NCBI GenBank assembly: GCA_017444365.1
Contig: JAFSWU010000005.1
Coordinates: 2,500-66,499, forward strand
Length of the DNA stretch: 64,000 nucleotides
DNA from: Prevotella sp.
GTDB taxonomy: Bacteria; Bacteroidota; Bacteroidia; Bacteroidales; Bacteroidaceae
Direction of reading: 5' to 3'
Numbering within the stretch: the first letter of the stretch is position 1; each line of letters opens with the position of its first letter. The notes under the pieces are model-generated. The model ran no database searches. It saw only the letters and a program-made list of their open reading frames with translations, and had not been told where the DNA came from. The translations under genes were made by a program, and so were the position numbers. Below are positions 30,700 through 40,600 of this stretch, one piece after another.

Positions 30700-31065
30700 T
30701 TACACCCCAAGGACAACCGACGCATCAATATTGAGCTTCCTTGAAATTTCACGAGCTGTTTTCAAAGTCGGTTCCCGCTTACCCAACAATATCTCACTGA
30801 TGGTGCTCTTACTGAGATTCAGCATCTCTGAAAGTTTCTTTCTACTCAGCCCCATTTCATACATACGCAACTTGATAATGTCAACAAGTGAAGGTGGCAA
30901 GATTGGATAATGAATCGTCTCATATTCTTCCACCAAGTCGGAGAGCATATCGAGTTCGATATAATTCTTATCCGTTACTGGTGTGCTATCGTTTACTAAC
31001 GGAAGCAGTTCATCAATACGCTGCAAAGCTACCCTGTAAGCCTTTTCGTCTTTTATCTGTGCCAT
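30700..31065 (-). CDS. higA: HigA-type antitoxin (HTH-XRE)
   Basis: Y..AL.RIDEL...ELD.LSDLVEEYE..HYP followed by a HTH with ISEILLGKREPT; 3 nt downstream of higB. Confidence 0.88.
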   Translation of the reverse strand: MAQIKDEKAYRVALQRIDELLPLVNDSTPVTDKNYIELDMLSDLVEEYETIHYPILPPSLVDIIKLRMYEMGLSRKKLSEMLNLSKSTISEILLGKREPTLKTAREISRKLNIDASVVLGV

Positions 31066-31068
31066 AAT

Positions 31069-31365
31069 CTAAATGTTTTGAATGTCCTTAATCTTGTCAT
31101 ATTCTGCATGGGTTCCAACAAACCTAATGTAAACACTTTGAGGAGTAAACTGAATGACAACAACTAACCGATAGTCATTCCCCTTGATGTTGAAGACATA
31201 ATGCTGGTTTCCAACATTATCTACGCTGTTAAACGTATTCTTGACATCAGCAAAACATGTCCACTTGGCCTGCTTTGTCTTGATGTACCATTCATCCAAG
31301 GCTGTTTTCGCCTGCGGATTTTTGGTGTAATAATCAATTAATGTACTTTTTGCAATTACTCTCAT
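31069..31365 (-). CDS. higB: HigB-type toxin (mRNA interferase)
   Basis: MRVIAK...VFNIKGNDYRLVV...YIRFVGTHAEYDKI; toxin-first gene order. Confidence 0.92.
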   Translation of the reverse strand: MRVIAKSTLIDYYTKNPQAKTALDEWYIKTKQAKWTCFADVKNTFNSVDNVGNQHYVFNIKGNDYRLVVVIQFTPQSVYIRFVGTHAEYDKIKDIQNI

Positions 31366-31583
31366 GGCACAAAGATACAAGGATATTCCGAAATAACAAA
31401 ACTTTTTCCCGTTTTCCGCACAAACCGCTCCAATTTTTATGAAATGATAAAAAATGCTAAAACGGGGAAGGATTTAACACTCGAAATGCGAAATGGAAGT
31501 GACACTTCTCTTTTTCGGGCTAACTTTGCAAGCGGAAAGAATAAGGAAGAGCAACAGAAAAGGACGGGGGAAGCTACCGACTT

Positions 31584-31740
31584 GCAAAAGCTAAGGTTTA
31601 TGACCCTAAAAACCTAAGGTTTTAGACCGCAAAAGGTAAGGTTTCGTCGTGCAAAAGGTAAGACTTTGGAGTCTAAAACATAAGAGATGAGCGCCTAAAA
31701 GCATAGCTTTTTCAGAACAAGGAGAAAAGGTAAGGTTTTT
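31584..31740 (+). repeat. About 22-bp-period array, consensus AAAA[GC][GC]TAAGGTTT-N8
   Basis: AAAA tracts start at 31586, 31609, 31631, 31653, 31675 and 31697, with an outlying copy at 31725. Confidence 0.8.
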
Positions 31741-31779
31741 ACACCTTATTATAATATAATAATCTAACACAATTACAAC

Positions 31780-32235
31780 ATGAACCAAAACACAAACATG
31801 AGACTGAGTGAGCATTTCACTCTGAGAGAGTTCACTATTTCGGGTACCGCCATCATGCATGGCATCGTGAACAACCCCACCGAGGCCGACATCAGGCGCA
31901 TGAGGCTCCTCTGCGAGCACGTACTGGAACCTCTGCGCCGTCGGTTCGGCGTACTGCGCATCACCAGCGGCTTCCGCTGCGCTGCCCTGAACAAGAAGGT
32001 GGGCGGGGTAAAGAACTCGCAGCACCTGCGCGGCGAGGCTGCCGACCTGCACATCGGCGACCCCGAGGTGGCGCGCAAGATGATAGCCTTCCTGCAAGAG
32101 GAGGGCATCGAGTTCGACCAGTGCCTGCTGGAGTACAACCGATTCCGAAGTACACGCTGGGTACACATTTCCTATGTAAAGGGGCACAACAGGAGACAGG
32201 CCATCACGCAACGCGGATTCTATACGGAAGAATGA
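31780..32235 (+). CDS. Peptidase M15A-family metallopeptidase (cell-wall hydrolase-like)
   Basis: LSEHFTLREF, LEPLR, ITSGFRC..LNKKVGG..NSQHLRGEAAD, WVHISY. Confidence 0.9.
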   Translation: MNQNTNMRLSEHFTLREFTISGTAIMHGIVNNPTEADIRRMRLLCEHVLEPLRRRFGVLRITSGFRCAALNKKVGGVKNSQHLRGEAADLHIGDPEVARKMIAFLQEEGIEFDQCLLEYNRFRSTRWVHISYVKGHNRRQAITQRGFYTEE

Positions 32236-32456
32236 AAAGTTTCTAAAAAAAACAATGAAGGACTTGTATAATACGAATAAAAGTACCACCTTTGCAATGG
32301 TCAATAAATCAATCACTTAGAAAAAAGTTTTAAAAATAATTGGCGAAAAACTTGCAATCGCTTGCGCCAGATTGTATCTTTGCACCTGTCATCCGGAGAC
32401 AACGAGAATTAACAACCTTAGTAATCACATTAAAAAAAAAGAAAGGAAACAAAACA

Positions 32457-32882
32457 ATGGTAAACTACATTCTTTTCCAGGAAAAGCGCCAGAACGCGAA
32501 GGAGTTTGGAAAGTGGTATGGACGTGCCGTACACAGCGGAGTGGTCAACATGAAGCAGCTCTCACTGGAGATTGAGGAGAACGTCTCTGTGAAGGAGTCG
32601 GACGTGTATGCCGTCATCAAGGAGATGGTGCGCACCATGAAGCGCCACATGCAGAACTCGCAGGTAGTGGTGATCGAAGACCTCGGCCGCTTCAAGATTG
32701 GCATCAACACCAAGCCCGCCACCACTGCCAAGACCTTCTCGGCCCAGAAGAACATCGTGGGCAGCCATGTGCTCTTCATGCCCGAGACCCACATCGACTC
32801 GGCCACCAAGAACCGTACCAAGGCTCTGCTCAACGGGGTTACCTTCAAGGAGGCCATCAAGAATGATGTGGTGAAGGAATAA
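32457..32882 (+). CDS. Bacteroidales HU-like DNA-binding protein
   Basis: KWYGRAV, SDVYAVI, VVIEDLGRFKIGI, LFMPE. The TATCTTTG promoter box just upstream supports this start. Confidence 0.85.
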   Translation: MVNYILFQEKRQNAKEFGKWYGRAVHSGVVNMKQLSLEIEENVSVKESDVYAVIKEMVRTMKRHMQNSQVVVIEDLGRFKIGINTKPATTAKTFSAQKNIVGSHVLFMPETHIDSATKNRTKALLNGVTFKEAIKNDVVKE

Positions 32883-32909
32883 TAACCTATAACTTAATAA
32901 GACAGTATC

Positions 32910-33002
32910 ATGAAAAAGGAAACACTGAAGTACATCATCCAGATTGCCATCACCATCCTGACGGCTCTGGGAACCGCACTGGGCACGATGGCGTGCCAGT
33001 AA
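32910..33002 (+). CDS. Smalltalk-family small membrane protein (30 aa)
   Basis: Hand translation MKKETLKYIIQIAITILTALGTALGTMACQ; directly follows the HU-like gene. Confidence 0.8.
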   Translation: MKKETLKYIIQIAITILTALGTALGTMACQ

Positions 33003-33008
33003 TGAACA

Positions 33009-34192
<1,184 letters not shown>

Positions 34193-34363
34193 TTATTTTG
34201 ATTTTGCGTGCAAAATTACAACTTTTACGGGGAACAGCAAAATAATTCTATTTTTTTAGACAGGGGAACAGGGTGAAGAAGACATAAAGAAGACATAATA
34301 ACATAATAACATACTAACAAAAAAAGAAAAACAACAAAGCAAATTCTTTTTTTGGCGATTCCC

Positions 34364-34394
34364 TTTGCGCATTCTTAAGAAATTACTAACTTTG
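34364..34394 (+). promoter_or_regulatory. Sigma-A promoter for the small ORF
   Basis: TTTG-N19-TAACTTTG. Confidence 0.75.
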
Positions 34395-34437
34395 CAGCAA
34401 TGAACAGCAAAAGAAAAGAGAAATTACGAGAGTAAAT

Positions 34438-34551
34438 ATGACACCGGCAGACGTTATTTTATTATTTGTAATAGCCTTGGCAATTGGCAGTGTGGTGTAT
34501 TATCATTTTGCCGACCGTCACGAAAAGGAATCAATTGGGCAAATGCAGTAA
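34438..34551 (+). CDS. 37-aa single-pass membrane peptide
   Basis: MTPADVILLFVIALAIGSVVYYHFADRHEKESIGQMQ; has its own promoter and terminator. Confidence 0.6.
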   Translation: MTPADVILLFVIALAIGSVVYYHFADRHEKESIGQMQ

Positions 34552-34565
34552 ACACAAAGACAAAT

Positions 34566-34597
34566 AAAAAGAGCAGTCGTAGAGATTGCTCTTTTTT
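34566..34597 (+). terminator. Intrinsic terminator
   Basis: aaaaagagcagtc-gtaga-gattgctctttttt. Confidence 0.8.
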
Positions 34598-34645
34598 GTT
34601 GATATTCGCAAGAAAACGACGGCTTTTCTTTTAGGTTTGAGGCTT

Positions 34646-34743
34646 TTTTCGTAACTTTGTGACAAAAGTCACGAAGTTACTCCGTCTCGGCATAAAAAAT
34701 AAATGAATTTATTTTGTTCTGCTCTCGACTTTTCGTAACTTTG
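34646..34743 (+). repeat. Hairpin element bounded by 14-bp direct repeats that contain the -7 promoter box
   Basis: TTTTCGTAACTTTG at 34646-34659 and 34730-34743, with internal inverted repeats. Confidence 0.65.
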
Positions 34744-34777
34744 AAGCACTTAAACGCAACTTAAACATTTTATTACT

Positions 34778-35872
34778 ATGCAAGCAATCGATTACAAAGA
34801 GATTCTGAGCCACTTCCAGATGGAAGGAACCGTGGCAGAGGTAAAACCGTTAGGAAACGGACTGATCAACGACACACTGAAAGTGAACACTGCCGAGGCC
34901 GACAAGCCCGACTACGTGCTGCAACGCATCAACAACGCCATCTTCACCGACGTGGAGATGCTTCAGAGGAACATCCAGGTGGTGACAACACACATCCGCA
35001 AGAAATTGGAGGAGCGCGGCGAGGAGGACATCGACCGCAAGGTGCTGCACTTCCTCGAAGCCGACGGCGGCAAGACCTACTGGAAGGACGCGGAGGACCG
35101 CTACTGGCGCGTGATGGTGTTCATACCGGGTGCCAAGACCTACGAGGCAGTGACACCGGAGTACTCGTACTTCGCAGGACTGGCCTTCGGCGACTTCGAG
35201 AAGATGCTGGTGGATGTGCCCGTGGAGCTGGGCGAGACCATTCCCGACTTCCACAACCTGGAGCTGCGCCTGCGCCAACTGCGTGAGGTGGTGGAGAAAG
35301 ACCCCGCCGGCCGCGTGAAGGAGGAGAAGGTGCAGGAGATGCTGCAGTTCATCGAGGCTCATGCCGACGAGATGTGCCTGGCAGAACGCCTGCACCGCGA
35401 GGGCAAGCTGCCAAAGCGCATCTGCCACTGCGACACGAAGGTGAACAACATGATGTTCGACGAGGAGGGACACATCCTCTGCGTCATCGACCTCGACACG
35501 GTGATGCCAAGCTACATCTTCTCGGACTACGGCGACTTCCTGCGCTCGGCAGCCAACAAGACGGCGGAGGACGACCCGGACCTGAGCCACGTGGCCTTTA
35601 ACGAGGAGATCTTCAAGGCCTTCACCAAGGGCTACTTGGAGTCGGCAGGCGAGTTCCTCACGCCCGTGGAGCGCGAGAACCTGCCATACGCCGTGGCACT
35701 GTTCCCGTTCATGCAGAGCGTGCGCTTCCTGTGGGACTACATCTCTGGCGACCACTACTGGAAATGCAAGTACCCCGAGCATAACCTCGACCGCGCCCGC
35801 AACCAGCTTCAGCTGTATAAGGAGGTGAAGGCACATGAGGCAATGATGAGGGAGTTTGTTCGTGTGGAATAA
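34778..35872 (+). CDS. APH-superfamily kinase, N-acetylhexosamine 1-kinase (NahK/MdsC)-like
   Basis: GNGLINDT, YVLQRIN, ETIPDFH, HCDTKVNN, VIDLDTVMP, DYGDFLRS. Confidence 0.85.
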   Translation: MQAIDYKEILSHFQMEGTVAEVKPLGNGLINDTLKVNTAEADKPDYVLQRINNAIFTDVEMLQRNIQVVTTHIRKKLEERGEEDIDRKVLHFLEADGGKTYWKDAEDRYWRVMVFIPGAKTYEAVTPEYSYFAGLAFGDFEKMLVDVPVELGETIPDFHNLELRLRQLREVVEKDPAGRVKEEKVQEMLQFIEAHADEMCLAERLHREGKLPKRICHCDTKVNNMMFDEEGHILCVIDLDTVMPSYIFSDYGDFLRSAANKTAEDDPDLSHVAFNEEIFKAFTKGYLESAGEFLTPVERENLPYAVALFPFMQSVRFLWDYISGDHYWKCKYPEHNLDRARNQLQLYKEVKAHEAMMREFVRVE

Positions 35873-35900
35873 GGAATGTGGAATGTGGAATGAGGAATGA
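35866..35900 (+). repeat. Five GGAATNN heptamers at the kinase/GH20 junction
   Basis: ggaataa ggaatgt ggaatgt ggaatga ggaatga; the first unit contains the kinase stop codon. Confidence 0.9.
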
Positions 35901-35904
35901 GATT

Positions 35905-37530
35905 ATGAAGAAAGGACTATTATGTTTCGTGCTGGGCAGCTTCCTTGTGGTGGAGCTCCCGGCACAAACTGCCGACTACAACGTGGCTCCGCTGCCGAAG
36001 ACCATCACAGCGGTGGAGAAGAGCGACTACCTGCTGACGGCCAACACGCGCATCGTCTGCTCACAACCCGACGACAACCTGATGCGCGACGCGATGTTCC
36101 TACAAGAATACATCCAAGAGATGACAGGACTGCGCCCCGCCATCATCACCGGCGACAAGAAGGATGCCAAAGGCAACATCTGGCTCACCATAGACCCGAA
36201 GACCGTGAAGGCGGAGGAGGGCTACCGCATCAGCGTTACGGACAAGGGCGTGGTGCTTAGCGGACGGACGGCAGCCGGCATCTTCTACGGCATCCAGACG
36301 CTGCGCAAGAGTCTGCCCATCGTGGAAAAGAAAGACGATAAGGCCGTTGTCATCCTGCCGGGCGCAACCATCGATGACGAGCCGCGATTCGGCTACAGAG
36401 GCATGCACTTGGACTGCTGCCGGCACTTCTTCTCGGTGGACTTCGTGAAACAGTATCTCGACATGATGGCCCTGCACGGCATGAACCGCTTCCACTGGCA
36501 CCTGACGGAGGACCAGGGATGGCGCATGGCCATCGACAAATACCCGCTGCTGACAAGTGTGGGCTCATGGCGCGACCAGACGGTCATCGGACGCAACTCG
36601 GGCATCTACGACGGACAACGCTACGGCGGCTTCTATACCAAGAAGGAGATGAAGGACATCGTGAAGTATGCCGCCGACCGCTACATCACCGTCATCCCCG
36701 AGGTGGATATGCCAGGACACATGCTCGCCGCACTCGCCGCCTACCCCGAGCTGGGTTGTACGGGCGGCCCGTATAAGGTGCTGCAGACGTGGGGCGTGTA
36801 TGCAGACATCCTCTGCGCCGGCAACGAGAAGGTCTTTCGGTTTGTGGAGGACGTACTGGACGAGGTCATCGAGGTTTTCCCGTCGGAATATATCCACATC
36901 GGAGGCGACGAGGCTCCGCGCGACCGCTGGAAGGTGTGCCCGAAATGCCAACAGCGCATCAAGGACGAGGGCATCACGGCTGGCAACGGACAGTCGGCAG
37001 AAGCTCGTCTGCAAGGCTACTTCACGAAGCGCATTCAGAAGTACCTCACCTCGAAGGGAAAGAAGATCATCGGATGGGACGAGCTGCTGGAATGCGACGT
37101 GGACACCACCGCCACCATCATGTCGTGGCGCGGCGCAAAGCCTGGCGCAGAGGCTGCGAAGCTGAACCACGATGTCATCATGGCACCCAACGACTACTGC
37201 TACTTCGACTACTACCACCTGGAACAGGACCGCAACGCAATGACCCTCATCGGCGGCTTCGTGCCCATTGAGAAGGTCTATTCGTTAGAGCCTGTGGCCG
37301 ACGACGTGCCGGAGGCTCTGCAACGCCATATCATCGGCGTTCAGGCCAACCTCTGGACGGAATATATCGGTGCCGAGGAATTAGTGGAATACCAGGTGCT
37401 CCCCCGCATGGCGGCTCTCGCCGAGGTGCAATGGATGGAGAAAGGACAACGCGACTTCGAGGCCTTCCAGCCCAGGCTGAAACGCATCACAGACATCTAC
37501 CGGATGTACGGGTGGAAGAGCTGTAGATAG
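35905..37530 (+). CDS. GH20 beta-N-acetylhexosaminidase
   Basis: PRFGYRGMHLD, FHWHLTEDQGWR, PEVDMPGH, HIGGDEA, QANLWTEY; signal peptide from MKKGLL. Confidence 0.95.
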   Translation: MKKGLLCFVLGSFLVVELPAQTADYNVAPLPKTITAVEKSDYLLTANTRIVCSQPDDNLMRDAMFLQEYIQEMTGLRPAIITGDKKDAKGNIWLTIDPKTVKAEEGYRISVTDKGVVLSGRTAAGIFYGIQTLRKSLPIVEKKDDKAVVILPGATIDDEPRFGYRGMHLDCCRHFFSVDFVKQYLDMMALHGMNRFHWHLTEDQGWRMAIDKYPLLTSVGSWRDQTVIGRNSGIYDGQRYGGFYTKKEMKDIVKYAADRYITVIPEVDMPGHMLAALAAYPELGCTGGPYKVLQTWGVYADILCAGNEKVFRFVEDVLDEVIEVFPSEYIHIGGDEAPRDRWKVCPKCQQRIKDEGITAGNGQSAEARLQGYFTKRIQKYLTSKGKKIIGWDELLECDVDTTATIMSWRGAKPGAEAAKLNHDVIMAPNDYCYFDYYHLEQDRNAMTLIGGFVPIEKVYSLEPVADDVPEALQRHIIGVQANLWTEYIGAEELVEYQVLPRMAALAEVQWMEKGQRDFEAFQPRLKRITDIYRMYGWKSCR

Positions 37531-37641
37531 AGGAGAGAGGAATGAGGAATGAGGAGAGAGGAGAGAGAAATGCCTTTGAAATGTTAGCCAAAGGATTATC
37601 ATATCTCTCTCCTCATTCCTCTCGCCTCTCTCCTCTCTCCT
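37531..37641. repeat. Inverted heptamer arrays (6+6) forming a long hairpin between convergent genes
   Basis: aggagag aggaatg aggaatg aggagag aggagag agaaatg, then a 27-nt core, then catatct ctctcct cattcct ctcgcct ctctcct ctctcct. Confidence 0.9.
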
Positions 37642-37642
37642 C

Positions 37643-40600
37643 TTATTTCATGAACTTGCAGCTCACGCGGTTGCCATTTGAATCAACAGCGCGGGCGATA
37701 TAGAAGCCGGAGGGAAGTTCAGAGACATCCACATAGGAGACACCACCGTGGATGCGGGCTGCACCCTCCATCATGCTCTGGCCGCTGGCGGTGTAGATTT
37801 CTACACGGGCATAGTCGGCATCTTCAGCCTTCAGAATCAGACTGCCTCCAGCATAGCGAATGCGGAAACCATTGGCTGCCGCAATGTACACGGCGGGCTT
37901 CAAGCCGTTAACCACCTTCGCCTCCTCGCGCTGAGCATAGGAAGTGAGCAGGTTCTGCTTATTGATTGTAGGCATGCTCATGGCATAGACATCGGCAGCA
38001 CCATCGGGATAACGGCCAATGGTGGTGCGGGCATCATGAGCTGAGTAGGCAAGCGTGTCGGTCCAGCTCTTGTCAGCAGCCGTGAGGAACAACTCGCCGC
38101 CGTCGCCATCGATCTTGAACGAGGCATGAAGTGCCTGGTCGGTCGTATTGAGCTTGTCGCACCAGATGATCAGATGACCATGAGCAGGAATCTTCGTGTT
38201 GACAGAGGTACCTTCCTTGGAAATCTGATACTTCATGAGCTTAGAGATATTGTCGGAGAGATACATTCCCTCGATGTCAATCTCTTCATCGGTGGTGTTA
38301 TAGAGCTCTACCCAGTCGTTCTTCTTGAAGTACTCGTTGATGTAGGAGTCGTTGCTGCCACTGACCTCATTGATTCGCACCGGATTGATGGCGGCAGCCT
38401 TGCGCTCAGCCGCGGACATGGGCTTGTAGCAGGCTGTGAGAGACACATAGCTGCTGTTGGGCAGCGGAATCTCAGCATCGGTGGAATAATAGTCCACACT
38501 GCCAGCGGAAGCACCCTGCACGGTCAGCGAGGCATCGAAGAGGATGTCGGTTGACGAGGCACTATTGTTATGCACCTCAACGGCAATGACATTGCTTCCG
38601 GAATGGAAGAGGCTGGCGGGCAGCTCTATCGTACCCACGTCGGGGTTGCTGTGGGCGTAGGTGGTGCTGAAGGAATCGTAGGTGACCGTTCCAGAAGGCA
38701 TGTTATAGCGTCCGGCCTCCTGACCATTGACGTAAACGATGAAGCCGTCGTCGATGGTGTAGTTGAAACGGAACACGTCGGAAGCCGTCGGAGCAGCATC
38801 GAGCCCGAAGTTGCGGCGGAAGTAATAGGTGGGATACTTGTGCTGGGAATCCATGCCATAGCTGAGCGTGGTGCTGATGCCGTCTTTCTCGTAGCCGAGA
38901 GGCGCATAGCCGGTATTCCAGCCCGAGGCGTTGTAGTTGACCGCCGTCCAGTTGGCACCATCAAGCGAACCGTTGTCGTAGTAGCGCCATGAGGAGCCCT
39001 TGTCGAAGATGGTCTTCTCGGTGGTGGAACCCGCACTGCTCTGCCAGCCCTGGAAGATGTAGCCGGCAGGAGCCACGGCACGAAGCGTGGTGGGCGCGAA
39101 GAGCTTGCCGTTGAAATAGCCTGTGGTCACCTTCACGTCGTTGACATAGAGGGTGGCGGCGGGTACATCGCTGCGGAGCACAACGGTCTGCGGCGTGGTG
39201 TTGTAGAGACCGAAGGTGCTGAAGCCGCGCAACATATTGATGGAGTTGTCAAGCTGATTGGAGAGACTGTTCTTCAACGAAGAGGCAGTAGAGGGATACA
39301 TGCCCGTGAGCTGCATGGCAGGAGCAACTGTGGCCACCAACGAGTCGATGATCTGGTTGCAACGCTCCGGTTCGAACACGCTGCCGCCCATCACACAATA
39401 GGTGTCGATGAACTGCTGCTTGAAGTTGGGATTCTGCAGGAGGTTCTTGAAGAGGGTGACAAGCTTGTTGTCCTGATAGATATAGGTGCCGGAGGGATAG
39501 AGCTTGTCGTATCTGTACTGATACTCCCACGACATGAACGAGTCGAAGGTGAATCCGCCCGGAGCACCGTCGAGGTCGTAGTTGACAAAGCGGAAGCGAC
39601 CGCCGTCCTGATGGCGATAGCCCTTCACATTGTTGCGGATCCAGTCGTTGCGACGCAGATAGAAGCCGCAGGCCATGTAGTTGATGTACTCATCGACATC
39701 GAGCAACTGGCGAATCTCCTCGTAGGTCTCGGGGTTGGCGGCATCGGCAGTAAGGTTGACGAGCTCATCGAAGGCCTCGCGGGTTCCGCACATCTGCACG
39801 TAGCCAGAGTCGGGACTCTGCTCAAACTGGTCGATTTCATCGTCGTCCCAGCCGTAGTTGGCAAAGACGAAATGCTTGTTGTTGGGCTCGCGCATGTTCA
39901 TGACTCCCATATACTCGCCGTTGAGGAAGAGGTGGGTGGGTTGGTAGCTCTGTCCGTCAATATCAATCTCACTGGTCTGGATGATGGTCTGCACAGCGGG
40001 GTCGATGATGCGGGAGGAGTTGTCGTTACCACCGCCACGAATCTGAAGGGTGCGGTTGCGGATGAAGGGCTTGGCCGAGAAGAAGGGGTAAGGCAACTTC
40101 TTGTCGCCGCCGAGCTCCTTGTTGCCCTTGAGCTTGAAGGAGTGAGGATAGTTGGCACGGCTCCAACCACCGCAGATGGACATGTTGACATCCTGGTTGA
40201 ACACCATCTGACCATCGGCATTGAGATAAGAGAAGTTGACGGGACGATCCCAGTCCATGTTGTAGTTCTTGGCTGTGCTCTGTCCGTTGCCGGGGCGACC
40301 ATTGGTACCATTGACATAGATACCCATCATATCGTCGTAGAGGAAGTCGCGGTCGGTGACCACAGAGATGGAAGGCAACGAGTAATCGAGGTTGCGATAG
40401 ATGTAAGAACGCGATGTGACGGGAGATGCCAAGTAGTTGTCGCCGAAGAGACGGAAACGGTAGATGGCGGTTTCGGTGACAGAGAACTGTCCGGTGGTGC
40501 TGACCACACCGTTCTGGGGGGTAGGCAGTGAGCCATCGGTGGTATAGCGCAACGTCGTTCCGGCAGGAATCACCACGTTGACCGTGAGGTTGCCCATGAA

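Noticed and set aside
31584-31740. 22-bp array as a CRISPR
   Set aside because: The conserved part is only about 14 bp and degenerate, the variable part is 7-8 bp, and no cas genes are present.
31606-32316. 236-aa minus-strand ORF
   Set aside because: It is antisense to the M15 peptidase and runs into the repeat array; no motifs.
30700-33002. Intact prophage
   Set aside because: No structural, terminase, integrase or replication genes; only a small cassette.
34255-34345. Short AT-rich duplications (agaagacataa x2, acataata x2)
   Set aside because: Low complexity and too short to support a function.
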